Of a stretch of 64,000 nt of DNA, positions 1 to 64,000 are shown in pieces; positions within the stretch are counted from its first letter, which is position 1; each line of letters opens with the position of its first letter. Below the pieces are notes generated by a model. That model searched no databases and was not told the DNA's origin. It worked only from the letters and a program-made list of their open reading frames with translations. Position numbers and translations under genes: made by a program. Source of the stretch: Owenia fusiformis (taxonomy: Eukaryota); NCBI GenBank assembly GCA_903813345.2, contig CAIIXF020000001.1:46872001-46936000 (forward strand), read 5' to 3'.

Positions 1-994
1 ACGGGTCATTGGGATCTGCAACATACTGTAGGATGAACATGTCTTAGTGTCCTTTAGATTTAAATATATTTACTGAAATGAAAGCAAAAACTGTTTTATT
101 TACTATAATTTTGATATACTAATCGGCATGCTGACATTAAAAAGTAAAGCAGAAAAAGTCATGTATATATGTAGATTTGTACATCTGCTTTGCTTAATTA
201 TTTGATCGCAGACGATAAAGTATTATTTCAACGCCCGTAGTGCGACTTATTTGAGGTGAAACTGACTTTTCTCTGCTCAATTCAGTTAAAACAATCACAT
301 GATTTTAAAGATTTGATTAACATACAATAGTACACGAAAATACAAGTTAAATTGTCTGTTACCAGCGGTCACGTCAGATTACAAAAGTAAAGAAATGACA
401 TAAGCGATTTGTCACATGATTTAACGATCACCCCCTAAGCCAATTGTACAAAATATTTCTTCAGGTCAGAATTCATAGACTTACAGATCCTTAATTAGCA
501 CGTACATTACATTCAGAATCTGGCAATCAGAAACTTGGTAATCCCTTGAATTAAAACAATCTGTTGATTAAGACTACTCAAGAAGAGGAGTTGATAGAGA
601 CAAATATTAAAACAACGGTACATACTGTATATTTAGGAGGCCGGACAGCTAGGTTGGGACCGCACTAACTTTTCACATCTATATTTTAATACTATACATT
701 GGGGAGGGCTAAGAACGGCAAAGTTGTAAGAATATTGTTTGTTGAATTATTAATATGTAATGGATTCATTTAACACTGGTATATGTGCATTTCTCAATAT
801 GATGATTTTCTTAACATTGACATGCTTTGGGAAGTGATCCCAAAGTAACATCCGGCTGCCAAACTTACGAGATGTCATAAAATAAATTTTAATGTTATCC
901 CAGAATACATGCAACAAATAGAAACGATATTTTTAGAACCTGCAACTATTACATTTTCATATGTGTATTGCTTTCAGACAAGGTGAATCAAAAG

Positions 995-58083
<57,089 letters not shown>

Positions 58084-60058
58084 TGTAGCGAGTTTTATAT
58101 ATCAACTTTCGATAACTTCATCGATATCAGGAAACTCCATGTGAATAATTAATATAACCACAAAATCAAAACACTGAAGAGGTTGTGAATTCGACAATAA
58201 CGACTCAATAGTGACAGATATTGAAACAATATTGAAGTGTGAGTTGATTCCCGAATTTTGAAATAACGTCATGCCATCTTTCAATCATATTACACCTGTA
58301 ATCTATTATATTGTTATTTGTGCTGTCAACGAGTTCATTGGTGAGACAGCTCGTCTTTAGATTGCTTTAAGTTTACAAGACCGGATGGCGTGATGTGAAG
58401 GTCACTTTTGTAAATACTGTGAAATAAGTAAGTGATATTTGTAGTAGGATAGTTCGACAAAGACGATGCTAATGAACAATGCTAGCAAATAACGAATTAA
58501 TGTATTTTACTCCAAGAAATACATATCAAGAAAAACGTTATTAATGATGTAATTGGTAAACTACCACAAGGAATATCGACATCGAGGCAGATTCGACAAA
58601 ATTAATGCCACTTTTATTACGATTTTATTCATGGTGAAAGTAAATATATGTGATGTATTTAACGATTCCTATATGATAAATGAGTTGTTAATGACATTGT
58701 AATGAATGGAGTTATTGGAATGTGATATATATATTGGTTTGTGTTTGACCCTTGTCTTCAAATATCTGTTTTCCGATTTGTTATATTATGAATTATCGTA
58801 AAAGAGACAACGAATTTCTGATTTATGGCAATATATATATTAGCTTAGATTTCATTCTGCATACTGCCAAAGACCCCAATCGTATTTTAGTTTCGAATCC
58901 TAAAAAACATCGGTAATATGGTATGCCATAAATCATAGAATTCTAATCTCTGAACTGTTGTAGATTTACCTTCATCAAATAAACAATCCAGAAACTGTAA
59001 AAACAAACTAAAGATCGACATGTACAGCTGTAATGTTGTTATTCACAAGTAGAATGTGTGGAAGATCATCTCCATTATATAATAGTTGATATTATATTAA
59101 TATATAACATTTTTAGTGAAGAAAGTATATATATGTACAACTTAAATTTCATTTTATTATATATTTGTATAAATATAAAACTGTAATTTCGTACCTTCTG
59201 TAATGAATGAGATTTTTGTGCAGGACTTTCAGAGCCCCTCTTATTGAAAACTATTTTACACGAATATTCCAAATGTTATATTTCATCCACAATCTTGAAA
59301 TGTCCGGGTAACAAAGGCCAAACCCAAAGAACCTTTGTAAATAAAGGCTTTGAAGATCAACTACACAAAACTATCTTTACAGAGGGCTAGTGTATACTGT
59401 ACAGAATCTTTAAAACAATCATAAAACACATTATTGATGTGTGTAATAAAATTCGTGATATGTGAACATGTACAATAAAAAGTTATGTTATTCTCCAAGG
59501 AACAAATATACAATAAATAGTGATGTTACTCTCCAAGCATCAGGGAAACCCATTTTTGGAAAAAGATGCCAATACGTATACAGTCCACTGCGACCCACTA
59601 GATATTTAAAAGTGATCTGAAATTACCTTTTTAATTCTTAAATGCGATTATCTCAGTTATTTACAAAAGAACTGCCCTCACAAATAAACATATTTCAATT
59701 ACTTTAAAATCAAAATAAGATATCCGATGGAGATTAAATAGCAAAAGCATATAATTAAATATAAAAATAAAACATAAAAATATTTGACTGATATAGAAAA
59801 TACGAATGCTGGTTATAACACTAATATTGGCATATAATCAATAAATAGCCATATTGTCGTTATACATTATGATATTTTATATATTTCTCAGGATACCCAG
59901 TCCCTAGGTATTTAATACAGTCCCCTAGTTTGTTACAGGTATGTTGTTACATTGACCGTTATCAGTTGACTTTATTAGAATCCAAACATAGCAGTTTACA
60001 CATTCAGTGTCCCAAGGAAAAATATCTGTGTACTGAAGACATATGAGTCAATATGATT

Positions 60059-61611
60059 TCAAACATCAACCGTAACAACAGGGTGCTTTTGTTCTGCCTC
60101 TGGCTTTTCATGCTCCTCGCTAACATTAGTTGGAGTTTGTTCCGGTACCTTTGCACCATGGCGTCTGGGATCAACACGTATAGGTTTTAGTGGAATTGAT
60201 TTATTCGCCCGTTCATAAAGCCGTTTGAACGTATCTCTTTCACTTTCAATTGCTGTCACTATCTGTTTAAATGATTTTAGTTCGTTATCTCTAATTTTTA
60301 TAATCTCTTCTTTTTGAGATGTCTTCCTCTTTTCATTCAAAATCGCTTCCGATAGCTGAAGTTCTAGTTCTGTGTATGCTTTAAGTTCTCTACTAAAGTC
60401 TCTTAGTAGAACAACCGTTCTTTGGTTACCAGCTGCTCGATAATCATATTTCATTTTGGTAGACTGATGGTTATTAATGGCAGACGACCGGTGAGTACTT
60501 GTATCTCCATGGCTTTCCTGACCTGCTGATAATGGTCTCGAGCGTCTTGACAGCTTAAGATTGCTTGTAAGTGACACAATGCGTTCAGTTATTGTTCTAT
60601 GCATTTGATCTAATATTTTCACAAGATCATCATTGTTTCTTTGGTCGAGTGATTTGGCTATTTGAGACGCTCGCTCAGCAATTTTGCGCTCTTCTTGTGC
60701 AGAGTGCATACTATTATCTGTTTGGACACCCTTGCTGGTTTTCTTCTTGGGTACAACTGTTTCTGATTCATTTAACGGCCGTGATCGATTACCTGTCACT
60801 AAAGGTTTGTTAGCATTTAATCCCCGTCCCTTACTAGAACGTTTCAATCGATTTGCATACGAGTGGAAATTGGAATCAATCTCCATAAGACGTTCCAACA
60901 AAATATTCTTGAGCCCAACTTTGCTAGGGATACTGGTTTTCGCTCCAAATGTTTGATTCCTTCTTACTGGCCGTACTCTAGATTGGTACTTAAAGCTAGT
61001 TTCTTTTCCCGCCACCAATAACTTAGTTCCATATTGTGGATTTGTCTCTGATTTTAAACCCTCTTTAATTTCTTTCAAAAGTTTCTCCGATATTTGTACA
61101 CAAGTGCGGAAATCCGATGTTTTGATGTATTCCCCACCAGTTGAGATTTTTGCAACGGGCCGCCGTGTGACAACAGAGGTCTCTTGCAGTTTTCTACCAC
61201 TATAGTTGTATTTGCTATGAATACCTAGAGATATATTAACAGAATGATCCGTTGTGTTATTTGGTTGCGTTGATTCTGCTCGACCAGGAAAGGCTTTCTT
61301 TTTGGGGAAATACGATCTCCTACCTACGTCTAGTACCGAACGTATGGTAGAGTCCACAGTCTCTATTTTTCGAAGCATGTCTATGTTCGCTTTTGCAATC
61401 TTCAAACAATCCTCGTGGAGTCGATCCAAGATTTGTTCACAATTTTCTAATTGTTTAATGGTGGATTCCGTAATGTTTTGAAATTGCAGCAGAACTCTTG
61501 TTGACGATGCATTGCCATTTTCAGGATCTGCAATGCCATGCTTTAACTCAGAGACCTCCGATTTTAAATGGCTCTTGATTTCATGGAATTGGAGCTGCAA
61601 GGAACTCTGAT
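60059..61611 (-). CDS. CARD plus coiled-coil protein, large terminal exon 3 (whole protein ~625 aa)
   Basis: Acceptor cattgtag is in phase with the 513-aa ORF (T+AT=Tyr); several coiled-coil-like segments; minus-strand AATAAA at 59971-59976. Confidence 0.8.
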
Positions 61612-62079
61612 CTACAATGACATAACAATATTTGATCAGACAATGGTATCAGATCTAAAATATCTATACAGTAATTGTATATTTGATGAATACTTTTGTT
61701 TCCTGGTTCAAAAGTTTGACAACATCTGTTCTTATAAGTTCGCAAACTAGAAGTCACCAAAATAGAATGAAATAATTTGACCAACTAATGCCAGGCTATA
61801 GTATTATACATCCGGTTATATACAGTTATAATTATAAGGCATATTATCACACGAAGTCGTTCAAAAATGAGAATTTCTTCTGTGTGTCAGTTTTTCATCA
61901 AATAGGCATCATAATTTCGATAAAATTATTCCGAGTATAGACGAAACATGCCACCTTTACTACTGGATTGTACACCTGAGTTTGTTCCATGATACACTCT
62001 GTCTACACAAGAAATTTCAAGAATAGAGAAGAATTAAGATATAATTCTAAATGTGTTGTACACTGGATTCAACACTTAC

Positions 62080-62248
62080 AATGAGATATCACATCAACTT
62101 CTGACTTCCCTCCCATAAGCAACACGGCGAGGTCTTCCTGGCCTGATTGTCTCAGCGATTCAATGAACGCAAAGCTAGCATTGGGTTTGTCCCTGTCTGG
62201 TAGTATCTTCAAAATGGTCCTCACTCGGTCTGTCTGGGATTCGTATCT
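62080..62248 (-). CDS. CARD plus coiled-coil protein, exon 2
   Basis: tttttag|RYESQTDRVRTILKILPDRDKPNASFAFIESLRQSGQEDLAVLLMGG...|gtaagt; fits CARD helices 4-6. Confidence 0.82.
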
Positions 62249-63059
62249 CTAAAAATAACAAAAACATATTTTGAACATACGTTGAAAGGAGAAAGGAGAA
62301 AGTTAGTATTTGCTCAAGTAATTGATTAATGGATAATATAATTTGTCCAAATATTTTTTCATAGTCTTGTCAGTTAAAATGATACAAATGCAGCTACTTA
62401 ACTCATAGCTCAATTAATTTCTCATTTCTCAGGAATTAATTAAATGTTTTTGATGTAACCTTGACCATACGATCGACTGATCAAGTTTCACTTAGACGTA
62501 TATTGTTGGGAAATGCACTGGTGTTTGTGAAGTGCCCATGTAACAGATACCCTTTGCATTCGTTTGACTTCACTTCTTAAAAGAGAGCTTCGTCTTCACT
62601 CTTTCAAACTAAAATAAACCTGTGAACTCACCGCGCCAATCAGTGTTCGTCGGCCAAATTTGACCGACGTTCTTTATATGGCCATTCCTTCTGACGTCAT
62701 CGTTGAGCCCGGAATTGACCAATGACATGCGCATATTTAATTAGAACGCATTTGGCGTATGTTTTCAAGCTCGCTGATTGGTGTAAGGTCAGCGCGTAGG
62801 TCAAAAGTGATTTACCTAAACTGTCACCGGTACAAGGCGGTACCCGTCGTGGGGGCGGGGCTACTAAACTGTAATATGGTCTCTACTAGGCAGAGTGTAG
62901 TTTAACTAGACTCTGCACGCAGGGTATGTAACAGAGTATAATGAAATGATTTTTAATTGCTACACATTACCCAGTGTAGAGTGTAAGCCGATGGGAGTAC
63001 AGAGAGAGAGCCAAGTAAGCTCAACAATCGATGATGTCATTCACAAAATATTGACTGAC

Positions 63060-63215
63060 CTGAAATTGCAGCAATTCTGATGGAGAGAGCAGGTGACTCT
63101 TCGTCAAATATGTAAGGAATCGTGTGTTAACATCCAACTGTTGAGTTAGATCAAACGCGTGTTTGTCTATAAGCTCTCTTAGTTTTTCCACCGTATCTAC
63201 GCCAGTCGAACCCAT
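63060..63215 (-). CDS. CARD/death-fold plus coiled-coil protein, coding exon 1
   Basis: MGSTGVDTVEKLRELIDKHAFDLTQQLDVNTRFLTYLTKSHLLSPSELLQFQ|gtcagt; pattern fits CARD helices 1-3. Confidence 0.8.
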
Positions 63216-64000
63216 GATGGAGTTTCTTGGTAGTGTATGTCACGATGTAGCCTCGTCAGTAGTTAAACAATTACGTTTACTGTGATAGTAATATCATTTC
63301 CATAGAGTATGAAGGCAGATTATTGAAAGTGCACGTATCCCATGCTTGGATTGGCATGCTTATCGGTATCATCTACAGATGTTATGGTTGCCATGGATAC
63401 AGACTTTAATATCACACATTGTAAGGAAATTGAATGTTTCATCTTAATCATCTTTGTTTTCGCCTGTGCGACTTTGTATAAATTTCTGCTGCTTAACCCT
63501 GGAAGTAAATATGGCGTCTACAAGTGTCTATATAAAGTAGATCAGTTCTAACCAAATCGATGCTTAATATTATAAATATAATAGCGTTTATCGGAAAAAG
63601 TAATAATTTTTTACTAATAATAATTGTGTACACCATTAGCCTACTAAACCATCGACAGAATGTCTTTAGATGTGAAGATCGAGTTGGGCTGTCGATAGAT
63701 TTGTACATCGTTAGATATATTAAACACGACATGCCGAAATCCTTTTTTTCACAATTTGAAATTATCATTCTAATACTTATAAACATTTATGATGACATGG
63801 TTGATAAATGTTCTTTTTGTTTCAAGTTTATATAAACTAGTAATTTAATATATTTGACGTATTAAGAATTGGTTAATTATACAATATGAATGTGTATTTG
63901 TGGATGTACCATATTTTTAGTGCATGTGCCACTGTTTTAAAAGTAATTCCAATTAATAAAAAGGAATATTTCTTTTTACCCGATACTCTCGGACCTCGGA

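Overview
AT-rich eukaryotic (invertebrate, probably lophotrochozoan) genomic DNA. Most of the window is one plus-strand, 22-coding-exon neprilysin-family (peptidase M13) gene, about 978-58083. Its exons join in phase into a ~772-aa type II membrane metallopeptidase with NAFY, HEITH, GENIAD and CxxW motifs. The main finding is three clusters of tandemly duplicated, same-length, same-phase exons: exon 10 x3 (94 nt), exon 17 x2 (68 nt, the zinc-binding HEITH exon) and exon 21 x2 (77 nt, the WCG...HS..R exon), plus a possible decayed third copy of exon 21. This pattern points to Dscam-like mutually exclusive splicing that could give up to 12 enzymes with different active-site linings. Intron 3 holds a young Gypsy LTR retrotransposon (25785-35902) with 1943-bp LTRs, an ATAT target-site duplication (TSD), a tRNA-Leu primer-binding site and no integrase core. 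Other introns hold a 50-bp satellite, a 21-bp minisatellite, Helentron/HINE-like elements, a Tc1-like MITE and two CAC-terminated elements with 5-bp TSDs (Transib-like). A convergent three-exon CARD plus coiled-coil gene lies on the minus strand (60059-63215). All calls were read by eye; there is no expression evidence.
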